In this document: positions 1 through 10,022 of the stretch, in pieces
Layout: each line of letters starts with the position of its first letter
How positions within the stretch are numbered: the stretch's first letter is position 1
Assembly (NCBI GenBank): GCA_965218975.1
Contig: OZ244717.1
Coordinates: 1,088,001-1,152,000 of the forward strand
Length of the DNA stretch: 64,000 nucleotides
From: Candidatus Oxydemutatoraceae bacterium
Lineage (GTDB): Bacteria; Pseudomonadota; Gammaproteobacteria; Poriferisulfidales; Oxydemutatoraceae
Direction of reading: 5' to 3'
The notes under the pieces: model-generated
What the model was told of the DNA's origin: nothing
The model's input: the letters and a program-made list of their open reading frames with translations, nothing else
Databases searched by the model: none
Program-made: the position numbers and the translations under genes

Positions 1-1121
1 TTTGAGAATCTCGTGGAGTTGTGTCGGCGAACCCACGAGGAAACACAACGCTCGGCGGCGCGAGCCGTCGACTGCTCACTTGTAGTGCGAAACTATTTGT
101 GTTTGGCTGGTATATCGTCGAGTATGAACAGCATGGCGCGGATAGGGCGGAATACGGCAGTCAACTCTTGGCCAAGATCGCCAGTCGCCTGCAAAGGATC
201 GGGATAAAGGGCAGTTCGGTGACCCGTCTGAAGCTCTACCGACGTTTCTACCAGAAGCAGAAGGAAATTGGTCCGACACTGTCGGCCCAATTGGCATCCT
301 TAGCGTCCGTTGACGGAACTCCTGCAATTCGACCGACAGTGTCAGACGAATCGATTCCCTTGGAAAACACAATTGTTCTGCTCAAAGATCGGTTCTCCCT
401 CGGCTGGTCCCACTATGTCACCCTTCTGACCATCGACAATCCCGAGGAGCGCCGCTTCTACGAGCTTGAGGCCGCGGGCAACGGTTGGAGTGTGCGCGAG
501 TTGGAACGGCAGATTGCCAGCTCCCTATACGAGCGGCTCGCACTCAGCCGCGACAAGGAGGAAGTTCGTCGACTTGCCGGCGAGGGACAGGTGGTCGAGA
601 AAGCATCAGACCTAATCAAGAACCCGCTGGTGCTGGAGTTTCTCGATTTGGCGGAAAAGCCAGCCTATTCCGAGAGCGAACTGGAAACTGCGATCATTAA
701 CCGGCTTCAGCACTTCTTGCTGGAGTTGGGCAAGGGATTTCTGTTCGAGGCGCGGCAGAAGCGGTTTACTTTCGACAACAGTCATTTCCGCGTAGATCTC
801 GTTTTCTACAACCGGCTACTGCGCTGCTATGTTCTGATTGACCTCAAACGCGGCGAATTGACCCATCAGGACTTGGGCCAGATGCAGATGTACGTCAACT
901 ACTTTGACCGCTATGTGAAGACTGACGACGAACTTCCGACCATCGGTATTATGCTCTGTGGCCGCAAGAACGATGCCGTGGTTGAGCTGACGCTACCGGA
1001 AGAAGCCAATATCTACGCATCGAAATACCAGCTCTATCTGCCGTCTAAACAGGAACTTGTAGCCCAACTGGAGAGCATCCAGAGAGAGTTGAACTATCAG
1101 GAAGGCGAGGACGATGAATAG
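1..1121 (+). pseudogene. DUF1016/YhcG-family PD-(D/E)xK nuclease, 5'-truncated by the window and frameshifted near 97-101
   Basis: The N-terminal motif (RSAARAVD..LVVRNYL) is in frame 1, while FGWYIVEYEQ, WSHY, WSVREL, IKNPLVLEFL, FLLELGKGF, DLVFYNRLLRC, DLK and GQMQMY are in frame 3. Removing an extra TG in ttgtgttt joins them. Confidence 0.75.
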
Positions 1122-2379
1122 CGAGCAAGGGACAATGGGCAGTGCCCTTGGAAATAGACGCCGTGTGCTAGCGGAAGAAGTGCCAGTGGGTTACAAGCGG
1201 ACTGAGGTGGGGGTGATTCCGGAAGATTGGATAGTACGGCCTCTCAGTTCATGCCTGAGTTGTGCTCCCGGGTACGGAATCAATGCGGCCGCCGTTCCGT
1301 ATGACGACAGATTGCCGACTTACTTACGAATTACAGACATCAGCGAGGATTGTCGATTTCGGCCTTCTCCACGGGTCTCTGTCAGGAATTCAAGTGTGCC
1401 GATGTTCTTCCTCAGGGAGGGAGATTTAGTTTTTGCCCGTACAGGAGCAAGCGTAGGTAAATCGTACCGCTACAAAAAAAAAGATGGACCGTTGGTTTTT
1501 GCAGGATTCCTTATCCGTATAAGCCCAGATCCTGAGAAGCTTGAACCAGCCTTTTTGGCATACTGCGTTCAGTCAGGACGTTATTGGGAATGGGTCGCAA
1601 CTATGTCGATCCGAAGCGGTCAACCGGGAATCAATGGACAAGAATACGCTATGTTCCAGATCCCGTTCCCACCCATTTCCGAACAACGCGCCATTGCCGA
1701 GGTCTTGTCGGATGTGGATGGGCTGCTCGCGGCGTTGGAGGCGCTAATCGCCAAGAAGCGGGCCATCAAACAGGCCGCCATGCAGCAACTCCTCACCGGC
1801 AAGACCCGCCTGCCGGGGTTTAGTGGGGAGTGGAAGACGCAGAGCTTGGGCAGTCTTGCGCGGATCAAAACTGGCACACGAAACAATGAAGACAAAGTCC
1901 GGGGCGGTCGGTATCCGTTTTATGTGCGTTCTAATGAAGTCGAACGCATCAACTCCTATTCGTACGACTGCGAGGCCATACTCGTACCAGGAGAGGGACG
2001 AATCGGAGAAATCTTTCACTACGTTAGGGGGCGGTTTGACATACATCAGAGGGTGTATTCAATTTCTCATTTCGTGCCGACCGTCTGCGCCAAGTTTCTT
2101 TACTTATTCATGATGAAGAACTTCGGAGCTTGGGCGCTGCAGAACACCGTCAAAGCCACTGTGGACTCTCTTCGCCTCCCGACCTTTCAGAAATTTGAAA
2201 TGCATATCCCATCGAGTGCTATTGAGCAAATCGCCATTTCCGCTGTCCTCTCGGACATTGAAGCCGACATCGTCGCGCTGGAGCGCCGCCTCGCCAAAAT
2301 CCTAGCCATCAAGCAAGGCATGATGCAGCAACTCCTAACTGGCCAAGTCCGGCTGGTCAAATCAAGGGAGGGTCAATGA
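1114..2379 (+). CDS. hsdS: Type I restriction-modification specificity subunit
   Basis: EVGVIPEDW, two TRDs, conserved PPISEQRAIAEVLSD..KQAAMQQLLTGK and KQGMMQQLLTG repeats. Confidence 0.95.
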   Translation: MNSEQGTMGSALGNRRRVLAEEVPVGYKRTEVGVIPEDWIVRPLSSCLSCAPGYGINAAAVPYDDRLPTYLRITDISEDCRFRPSPRVSVRNSSVPMFFLREGDLVFARTGASVGKSYRYKKKDGPLVFAGFLIRISPDPEKLEPAFLAYCVQSGRYWEWVATMSIRSGQPGINGQEYAMFQIPFPPISEQRAIAEVLSDVDGLLAALEALIAKKRAIKQAAMQQLLTGKTRLPGFSGEWKTQSLGSLARIKTGTRNNEDKVRGGRYPFYVRSNEVERINSYSYDCEAILVPGEGRIGEIFHYVRGRFDIHQRVYSISHFVPTVCAKFLYLFMMKNFGAWALQNTVKATVDSLRLPTFQKFEMHIPSSAIEQIAISAVLSDIEADIVALERRLAKILAIKQGMMQQLLTGQVRLVKSREGQ

Positions 2380-4967
2380 TGTCTGATGTGCGACAGGAAA
2401 TTCGTAGCTGGCTTCACCAGCAACAGGATTGGCTGCAGCTAGCGGCTGAGAAACTGTTGTCGTTGGGAAGCTTGACCGAAGCCGATATCGAATTCATCGC
2501 CGAGCATCTGAAGACTCCTGCCGGGCAAGAGGTAACTAGCCACCGAAATTTCGACGGCCTGAACGGACCAACTGATTCGGAAGCTGGGCTTTGCCTCATC
2601 GAAATTGGAGAGATTGCGGGAATCGAAAACTTGGTTCCTGGTAGTCCACTCACCTTTGGCGAAGGGAACCTCTCAGTAATCTTTGGAAGCAACGGTTCCG
2701 GCAAATCCGGCTATACGCGTATTCTCAAGAGCGCCTGCGGAAAACCCCAAGCAAAGACGCTGCAGTCAAACGTATTCAAGTCTCCGCCCGAGAAGCAACA
2801 ATGCACGATCAGGTACAGGCTATCAGGAACAGATCGGTCCATTGTGTGGATGGCGAACAACACACCTATCGACGAAATTAGAGCCGTCGATATCTTCGAC
2901 GCAGATGCAGACACCCTATACCTACGCCAAGAAACGGAAGCTTCCTACACCCCACCATCAGTAGCACTGTTCAGGTCATTGGCGACTGTTTGTGATCGGG
3001 TCAAAGCGAGGCTTCAAGAAGAGCAGAATCGTCTTGTCAGCGCGTTGCCCACGCTTCCTCCTGGATTTACAGACACAGTCGTTGCGACCGCCTATGCGTC
3101 TTTGAATCCAGACATCGATAAGGTCACGTTCCAGCTACTTACCGGCTGGACCGAAAATAACCAGAACACCATGGGTCAACTGGAGACACGCCTCCGGACC
3201 GCTGATCCAGCAGCGTTGGCGCAAGAGAAACGAAATACGAAATTTCAACTCGAACAATTCGCAACACAGTTGAGAAATGCGGTAACCGCCGTTAGCCCAG
3301 AACAGTTGGAAACCATTTGCAATGCGCGTACAAAGGCACAGACAAAGCGGCAGATTGCCATAGAGTCGGCCCAAGTAGAATTGGCCCAGCTCGATGGCAT
3401 AGGATCCAACACATGGGAGGCTCTCTGGCGCGCCGCCCGAGAGTACTCGCAATTGGCCTATCCGGGGCAGGATTTTCCGGTGACCGATAACGATGCACGG
3501 TGTGTGTTGTGTCATCAGTTGCTGACCAAGAAAGCGCCGCAACGCCTTCATGATTTCGAGGCGTTTGTACAGGGCAAGGTTGAGGCCGAAGCGCAGGAAG
3601 CTGAACATGCCCACAGGACGATGCTGGACAACCTACCCGGCATAATGAATCAGGAAGACATTCGCACACGATGCGAGGCGGCTGGTTTGACCGAAAACGG
3701 CTGGCCAGAGAGATTTAGGGCTGTGTGGGCAAGGGTCTCAAAGGCGCGCGAGTGTCTCCTGGATGGCGAGTCGAAAGAAAAAGCAGTCGCTGTAGAGGCC
3801 CCGGACGAAATCCTTAGTGAGTTGGCGCGACGCGCCAAGGAAATAGAGTGCAAGGCGAAACAGTATGATGATGACGCGAAGAAGTTTGATCGGAACATGG
3901 TTCAGAGCAAAAACCTGCATCTAGAAGCCCGACGCTGGACGAGTCAACAAGCTGGTGCCATCGAAACTGAGATCAACCGCCAAAAGAAAGTGAAGGCGTA
4001 TGAAGGTTGGAAGAATCTGGCAAACTCATTTGGTATCTCCCGGCAGGCCGGGAAGATCGCTGCGCGTGTCATCACGCAAGCGTATGTCGACCGGTTCAAC
4101 GGGGAACTTGCAAAGCTTGGCGCTTCACAAATCAGGGTCGAGTTAGTTAAGTCACGAACACGGAAGGGGAAAGCACTTCACCGTTTGCGTCTCAAAGATG
4201 TTCAAAGTGGCCGTCAAGACTTTCCGGAAGTGGTTCTGAGCGGAGGGGAACGCCGTATTGTCTCGCTGGCGGCGTTCCTGGCGGATGTCGCAGAAAAACC
4301 CTACGCCGCCCCATTTATCTTCGACGACCCTATTTCTTCTCTGGATCAAGACTTCGAGTGGCTCGTGGCTACGCGGCTTGTGCAGCTTGCAAAAGAACGT
4401 CAGGTTATCGTATTCACGCACAGGCTCTCTCTCTATGGTGCAATGGAGGATGCTGCAAAAAAGGTTGGCGACGTTTGGAGGAACAAACATCTACACCAAC
4501 TCTGCATTGAATCCTTTTCGGGGGTTGCAGGCCACCCGGCAGATGAAGCTGTTTGGAATACCAACACCAAGAAAGCCAACAACATCTTGTTGGATCGCCT
4601 TGGTCAGGCTAGAAACGCTGGCCGATCAGGCGGAGATAGCGAATACAAAGCCCTAGCGCAAGGAATTTGCACGGATTTCCGAAAACTCCTGGAGCGAACG
4701 GTCGAAGATGATCTTTTGAACCAGATCGTAAGACGCCATCGGAAAAGTATCACTACCGACAATCGGCTTGCGTCTCTCGCGCATATCACCCCTAAAGACT
4801 GCAAGTTCATCGATGACTTGATGACCAAGTACTCACGCTACGAACACAGTCAATCATCGGAAACGCCGAGCTTCCTACCCGAGGAGCCTGCACTACGTTC
4901 AGACCTGGAAGCGCTCAAGGACTGGCGCGAGAAATTCAGGAAGCAGTCAAACAAAATCGGCGCATGA
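2376..4967 (+). CDS. RloC-like SMC/Rad50-type ABC ATPase with zinc hook and putative C-terminal HEPN-like domain
   Basis: Walker A GSNGSGKS, coiled coil with CVLC hook, LSGGE signature, FIFDDP Walker B, VFTH, and a C-terminal FRKLLE...SRYEH region; located directly after hsdS. Confidence 0.7.
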   Translation: MMSDVRQEIRSWLHQQQDWLQLAAEKLLSLGSLTEADIEFIAEHLKTPAGQEVTSHRNFDGLNGPTDSEAGLCLIEIGEIAGIENLVPGSPLTFGEGNLSVIFGSNGSGKSGYTRILKSACGKPQAKTLQSNVFKSPPEKQQCTIRYRLSGTDRSIVWMANNTPIDEIRAVDIFDADADTLYLRQETEASYTPPSVALFRSLATVCDRVKARLQEEQNRLVSALPTLPPGFTDTVVATAYASLNPDIDKVTFQLLTGWTENNQNTMGQLETRLRTADPAALAQEKRNTKFQLEQFATQLRNAVTAVSPEQLETICNARTKAQTKRQIAIESAQVELAQLDGIGSNTWEALWRAAREYSQLAYPGQDFPVTDNDARCVLCHQLLTKKAPQRLHDFEAFVQGKVEAEAQEAEHAHRTMLDNLPGIMNQEDIRTRCEAAGLTENGWPERFRAVWARVSKARECLLDGESKEKAVAVEAPDEILSELARRAKEIECKAKQYDDDAKKFDRNMVQSKNLHLEARRWTSQQAGAIETEINRQKKVKAYEGWKNLANSFGISRQAGKIAARVITQAYVDRFNGELAKLGASQIRVELVKSRTRKGKALHRLRLKDVQSGRQDFPEVVLSGGERRIVSLAAFLADVAEKPYAAPFIFDDPISSLDQDFEWLVATRLVQLAKERQVIVFTHRLSLYGAMEDAAKKVGDVWRNKHLHQLCIESFSGVAGHPADEAVWNTNTKKANNILLDRLGQARNAGRSGGDSEYKALAQGICTDFRKLLERTVEDDLLNQIVRRHRKSITTDNRLASLAHITPKDCKFIDDLMTKYSRYEHSQSSETPSFLPEEPALRSDLEALKDWREKFRKQSNKIGA

Positions 4968-5275
4968 ACGAAGACCAGAACATCGAGTGGAAAACGTCCT
5001 GGCGAGACGAATATTTCAAATGGATTTGTGGATTCGCCAACGCTCAGGGCGGCGTGCTGGAGGTCGGCAAGAACGACAAGGGCGAAGTGGTCGGCGTAAA
5101 GAATGTGTTGCGGCTCCTCGAAGAAATACCCAACAAGGCGCTGGCGCTGCTCGGCATCGTCGTGGACGTGAACCTTAAATCGGAGGATGGCGGAGAGTAC
5201 ATTGAAATCGTGGTTGAACCCCACCCGAATCCCATCAGTTACAAAGGAAGAATTTACTATCGAAGCGGCAGCACC

Positions 5276-5598
5276 AAACAAGTGCTCAAGGGGGCCGCGC
5301 TGAGCCGTTTCCTGCTGAAGAAATATGGAAGAACCTGGGACGATGCGCCCTTGCCGAGCATCCGCCTCAAGGACCTGGACAGGCACGCGCTGAACAGCTT
5401 CCGCCGCCGCGGTGCGGAAACGAAACGCTTGCCAAAGGACATCCTGAAGGAATCCGACGGCGAGGTGATTGAGCGGCTTCAGTTGCGGGAAGCGGATTCG
5501 CTGAAGCGGGCGGCGGTACTCCTGTTTCATCCAAGGCCGCATCGGTTCGTGATGGGAGCTTACGTGAAGATCGGCTATTTCCGGGGTTCTGAACTGCT
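5276..5598 (+). repeat. 323-bp target-site duplication, left copy
   Basis: aaacaagtgctc...gaactgct is repeated at 7511-7833 on the other side of the IS. Confidence 0.95.
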
Positions 5599-5736
5599 CT
5601 TGACTTCGTAGGTTTTGACCTTTGGGCAAAAAATAAATCCTTTATTATCATAGGGTTACCCGGACGCTGCCGAAAAACCCTATTGTAGTGCCTCCAGGCT
5701 TGTTTTATCTTGGATTTTGGGTTATCATTCGGGTCT

Positions 5737-7413
5737 ATGTACTTGCGTGAAAAATATGATCCCGAACGTGGCCGCACTCGCTTGCAGATCGTGCGCTCCG
5801 TGCGCACTGCCGATGGTCCGCGTCAGCGTGTGGTTCGGCATATCGGCGCTGCCGACAGTCCCGAGCAGCTTGCATCTTTGCGCAAGCTCGGCGAGGTCAC
5901 CTTGGAAGAGCTGCGCCAAGCCGGTACAGCACAACAGTCGCTGTTCACACCGAAGCAGTACGCGGATCTCGCAGCTGAGGCACGGCACGCACCGCGTTTG
6001 GCGCGCTTCGGGGTAGATCTTGCCGAATGCCGTGAGGAGATGCGGCTGATGCTTGGGGTGCGCGAGGCGTTCACGCAGATTTATTCGCACTTGGGTTGGA
6101 ACCAGGTGTTGGGGGCGCGGCGCACAGTAGCGAACCGCATCCTGCGCGAGCTGGTACTGGCGCGTATCGCGCAGCCGCAGAGCAAGCGCGCTACGGTGTG
6201 CGAGCTCGAACGAAGCGGCGTTTCGCTCAATCTCGACCGGGTTTACCAGACTATGGATCACCTTGAGGAGGCGGTGATCGCACGCATCCGGGAACAGTCT
6301 CATCAGGCGGCACAGAAGTTGTATGATCAGCCCCTCAAGGTGTTCTTCTTTGATTGCACGACCCTGTACTTCGAGAGCGAGCAAGAGGACCCGTTGCGCG
6401 CGAAAGGTTATAGTAAGGACGGCAAGCCGCACCGCTGCCAGGTGTTACTGGCACTGATGACGACCTGCGACGGTCTGCCGGTGGACTACGCACTGTTGCC
6501 GGGCAACACCTTTGAGGGCAAAACCTTGATGCAGGCAGTGACAAGTCTGCAACAGAGACATCCGGGTGCTGTATTTACAGTAGTGGCCGATGCGGCGATG
6601 CTGAGCCGTGAGAACCAGACATTCCTGCAGGAGCAGGGCTTGGCCTATGTGCTCGGCTATCGTCTCAAGTCGGCCCCGGCCAAGATCAAGCTGCAGGCCC
6701 TCAGTGCAGCAGACGATCAAGGCTGGCTCAAAACGCAGGACCTGCGTTACCGGATGATTCGCCACGAAGGCCGGCGGATCATAGTCACCTATTCACGCCG
6801 GCGCGCGCGCAAGGATCAAGAAGTTCGGGAACGCATATTGTCACAGTTGCGCCGGAAGTATCAACGCAGCGAGCGCCCGGCAGGTTTCGTGGCGCGCGGC
6901 TATGCCTGTTACTTAAGCTTCCCCGCAAAGGGCCGGGTTAAGATTGATGCGGCCAAGGTGGCCGATGCGGCGCGTTGGGACGGCCTGCGCGCAATCATCG
7001 CACACGGCAACGAGGAGATGGCGCCAAAGGAATTGCTGTCGCAGTACCGTCGGTTGTGGGAAGTAGAACATTGCTTTCGCACTAACAAGCATGACCTTTG
7101 CATCCGCCCGATCTTTCACTGGAAGCCGCGGCGTATCCAGGCGCACATTGCGATCTGCTATATGGCCTTCTGCTGCTTGCAGCAGCTGCGCCGGCGGCTC
7201 AAAGCGCTGGGCTTCCCGATGAGCGCGGAGCGGATCCGGCGCGAGCTCGACACCTTGCAGTTGAGCATCTTGGTACGTACCGACACACAGAAGCGGTATG
7301 CGATGCCGAGCCGCGCGAGCGCAGACGCCAACAGGATCTACCGTAGTGTCGGCCTGAAATGGAACGAAGCTCCGTTCCCGCTTCCCGACAAGTCACGCCC
7401 TGGGGGAAGCTGA
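5737..7413 (+). CDS. IS1634-family DDE transposase
   Basis: FFFDCTTLYFE, GYSKDGK, VVADAAM, LWEVEHCFR..KHDL.IRPIFHW, AHIAICYMA; ATG at 5737 preferred over TTG at 5710. Confidence 0.93.
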   Translation: MYLREKYDPERGRTRLQIVRSVRTADGPRQRVVRHIGAADSPEQLASLRKLGEVTLEELRQAGTAQQSLFTPKQYADLAAEARHAPRLARFGVDLAECREEMRLMLGVREAFTQIYSHLGWNQVLGARRTVANRILRELVLARIAQPQSKRATVCELERSGVSLNLDRVYQTMDHLEEAVIARIREQSHQAAQKLYDQPLKVFFFDCTTLYFESEQEDPLRAKGYSKDGKPHRCQVLLALMTTCDGLPVDYALLPGNTFEGKTLMQAVTSLQQRHPGAVFTVVADAAMLSRENQTFLQEQGLAYVLGYRLKSAPAKIKLQALSAADDQGWLKTQDLRYRMIRHEGRRIIVTYSRRRARKDQEVRERILSQLRRKYQRSERPAGFVARGYACYLSFPAKGRVKIDAAKVADAARWDGLRAIIAHGNEEMAPKELLSQYRRLWEVEHCFRTNKHDLCIRPIFHWKPRRIQAHIAICYMAFCCLQQLRRRLKALGFPMSAERIRRELDTLQLSILVRTDTQKRYAMPSRASADANRIYRSVGLKWNEAPFPLPDKSRPGGS

Positions 7414-7473
7414 GCGCGGAGGGCTACAAACAACACCGTAATGTAGTGCCCTTGAGAATCCTGAAGGCAATAA

Positions 7474-7486
7474 TATCAATCACTTA
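7474..7486 (+). promoter_or_regulatory. Putative IHF site in the IS right end
   Basis: TATCAATCACTTA matches WATCAANNNNTTR exactly; a one-mismatch site TATCATAGGGTTA lies at 5646-5658 in the left end. Confidence 0.5.
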
Positions 7487-7510
7487 CGAGACAAAACCTA
7501 CGAAGTCAAG

Positions 7511-7833
7511 AAACAAGTGCTCAAGGGGGCCGCGCTGAGCCGTTTCCTGCTGAAGAAATATGGAAGAACCTGGGACGATGCGCCCTTGCCGAGCATCCGC
7601 CTCAAGGACCTGGACAGGCACGCGCTGAACAGCTTCCGCCGCCGCGGTGCGGAAACGAAACGCTTGCCAAAGGACATCCTGAAGGAATCCGACGGCGAGG
7701 TGATTGAGCGGCTTCAGTTGCGGGAAGCGGATTCGCTGAAGCGGGCGGCGGTACTCCTGTTTCATCCAAGGCCGCATCGGTTCGTGATGGGAGCTTACGT
7801 GAAGATCGGCTATTTCCGGGGTTCTGAACTGCT
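7511..7833 (+). repeat. 323-bp target-site duplication, right copy
   Basis: Direct repeat of 5276-5598. Confidence 0.95.
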
Positions 7834-8446
7834 GTATCAGGACGTTGTTGAAGGCAGCTTGTTTTCGCAGGTTGATCGGACAATGGACTTGCTTTATTCC
7901 AAGTACATGCGGGCGTAGATTTCTTACGACGGCGTTTACCGGGTGGAAACCTTCCCGGTGCCGAGCGAAGCCATGCGCGAGGCGGTAATCAACGCCGTCA
8001 TCCACCGGGATTACGCCAGTCCCACCACGATTCAGATTCGTGTATGCGACGACCGCATCATGATGTGGAACGCCGCGCAGTTGCCACCAGAATGGGGCGC
8101 GGTTGGTCTTGACGGGGAGCGGCCGTCCAACCCACACAACTCGCGCATCGCCTACGCGTTCTTCCGGGCCGGGATGATGGAGGCGTGGGGGCGCGGCATT
8201 CGCCGAATTACGGATGTTTGCGCGGAGGCCGGCAACCCCGCGCCCGCGTGGGAATTGGAACCAACCGGTGGACTTTGGGTGAGATTCCCGTTTTCGGCCG
8301 CCTACTGTGAGGCCGATGCCGTTGCAAGCAGGCGCTTTGGCGGCGACACCGGATCGGATGCAAAACGCGAACGGGACGGCTCCGGCGGGATCGATGGTGG
8401 AAAAAGACTTCAGGAAAATCTTGGGGAAGAAACCAAGGAAGAAACT

Positions 8447-8527
8447 GAAACTATCCAAGAAATCCAAACCACTACCGAAGAAACTATCCAAGAAGCCCTC
8501 CCTACTACCCGAGAAACTACCCAAGAA
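8447..8527 (+). repeat. Coding tandem repeat with 33-bp period (three GAAACTAYCCAAGAA cores)
   Basis: Cores at 8447, 8480 and 8513 encode ET(I/T)QE in the linker before the HTH. Confidence 0.8.
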
Positions 8528-8890
8528 AGAATCCTGGCCTTACTCCGCGCCGAACCGGAGATCACTCAGCGTATTCTGGCGGAACGTATCGGCATTACGC
8601 GGGCAGGCGTTAAGTACCACATAACTAAATTGCGGGCCTCTGGAACCATCCGGCATGTGGGAGCCACCAAGTCGGGCCGCTGGAAAGTGCTGAAGTAAGC
8701 GCTTTATCGTCGACAAGCACTCCGAGCTGATTGAACTCGCCGAAGACTTGGGTATCCAGACCTTCACCGAAATATTGGATCTGGCGCAGTCCCTGGCAGC
8801 CGACCCGAATTGCTGGTACGAGTACAAGGCGGAGAATCAGGATGTAGGTGAGTCGACCAGAGCGAAGCGCAGGCTCAAATGCACTTGTGT

Positions 8891-9868
8891 TCAATATCCG
8901 CGCAGTTTGCGCACAGCACGGGGCGTTCGGCCCGAGTAATCGGCATTCTGCCAAGACTTCAGTCTGGTGATAACCTTGGACGCATCGTCCTTGCTCGACA
9001 CATGTTCGCCGTCTAGTATCTCCCACTCGGCTTCGAAACGGTCGATTTCGAGTTCGTCGCACAGACCATCGATGTAAGCGGACTGCCGCTCCGTTTCCGG
9101 CTCAAGCTTTGCGGGCATGGCAGCGCCCTCCTTGGTCGACGCCATTCGCATCACGGCCAGCGTAGTCGCGATGTCACCTCGCGCCGTATGCTCATCTTTC
9201 GTTCTAACCCTCAGCAGTTCCGCGATATCCGCTAACCTATGCCTACCGCCTGGCATCCCTTGTCTGAATGCGCCAAGCAGACCCGTGAACCTACTATTGT
9301 CGGATTCCAGTCCATGCTTCGCCGTTGTCTGATTAAGCATCCGCGCATCGAACTCAGCGTTCCAAGCCAACACAGTGTTCGCACCCTCAAGAAGTGCTTT
9401 GAGTTCAGGCCATTTCCTCGCAAAATCCGACGCGTTCAATTCCTTTAGGCGCTCACGTGTCAGACCATTCACTCTGGATGCACCTCGTGTAAACCGAGCT
9501 CCTTTCGGTAGCATGAAGTAGGAGTGAAAGCGTTGCGCGCCGGTCGTATCGCAGACTGCGGCTTCCACGACAATCGCATTTTCATTCAGGCCTGTTGTCT
9601 CGACATCAATGATTAGTACATCGCGTCGATCCAATAGATTGCGTAAGACTAAATCCAGCGGCGCGCTCTTGCGCCCCGTCGTCTGTGACGTTTTCTTGCC
9701 TGATGATCTGGCAGGGGCGGATGTTGGTTTGCTCCTTTTGCGCAGTTTTCGAAAAAGCCATACAGTCGCAGATATCGAGAATGCCGCCCATGCAGCCGTA
9801 CCAGAATCGGCGCCGAAGACTACGAAGCTAACCCATACGAGGACCAGAGTTGCAATTGCGATTTTCAT
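8891..9868 (-). CDS. DEDDh (DnaQ-like) 3'-5' exonuclease with N-terminal hydrophobic segments
   Basis: IIDVETTG, AWNAEFD, HTARGD motifs; two N-terminal hydrophobic stretches followed by a basic linker. Confidence 0.85.
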   Translation of the reverse strand: MKIAIATLVLVWVSFVVFGADSGTAAWAAFSISATVWLFRKLRKRSKPTSAPARSSGKKTSQTTGRKSAPLDLVLRNLLDRRDVLIIDVETTGLNENAIVVEAAVCDTTGAQRFHSYFMLPKGARFTRGASRVNGLTRERLKELNASDFARKWPELKALLEGANTVLAWNAEFDARMLNQTTAKHGLESDNSRFTGLLGAFRQGMPGGRHRLADIAELLRVRTKDEHTARGDIATTLAVMRMASTKEGAAMPAKLEPETERQSAYIDGLCDELEIDRFEAEWEILDGEHVSSKDDASKVITRLKSWQNADYSGRTPRAVRKLRGY

Positions 9869-10022
9869 GCTCGAACCCCCTCCGTTCTCGCGGAGTATTT
9901 CTTGTTTGAGTCAACCTATCCCTGCTTGACTCCAGAAATCGAAACAGAAGAGATGCACCAACCGCACCGACTCGGCGCCCGGGCATCATAATACGGACTT
10001 CAGGCAGCCATCGGCGTAAGCG

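Larger units (their letters stand above)
5599..7510 (+). mobile_element. IS1634-family insertion sequence, copy 1 (1912 bp)
   Basis: Perfect 19-bp TIRs cttgacttcgtaggttttg (5599-5617) and caaaacctacgaagtcaag (7492-7510); single DDE transposase; near-identical copy at 32756-34667. Confidence 0.95.
4964..8698 (+). pseudogene. AlbA_2(Schlafen)/RecG-like ATP-binding HTH protein, split by IS1634 and with an in-frame TAG at 7916-7918
   Basis: EDQNIEWK..WICGFANAQGG, REAVINAVIHRDY, EAWGRGI, C-terminal HTH. Colinear with the intact paralog at 14015-15595, where the TAG position reads TTG. Confidence 0.9.

Noticed and set aside
7916-7918. In-frame TAG as a pyrrolysine or read-through codon
   Set aside because: The paralog has TTG here and the gene is already IS-disrupted; a simple nonsense mutation is more likely.
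4850-8524. Long antisense ORFs (259, 235 and 346 aa) over the AlbA gene and transposase
   Set aside because: Shadow frames of GC-rich coding sequence with no recognisable motifs; the same applies to antisense ORFs over hsdR, tuf and the ribosomal genes.
8428-8530. Possible CRISPR-like repeat-spacer pattern
   Set aside because: 15-bp cores with a 33-bp period are in-frame coding repeats; too short for CRISPR and no cas genes.
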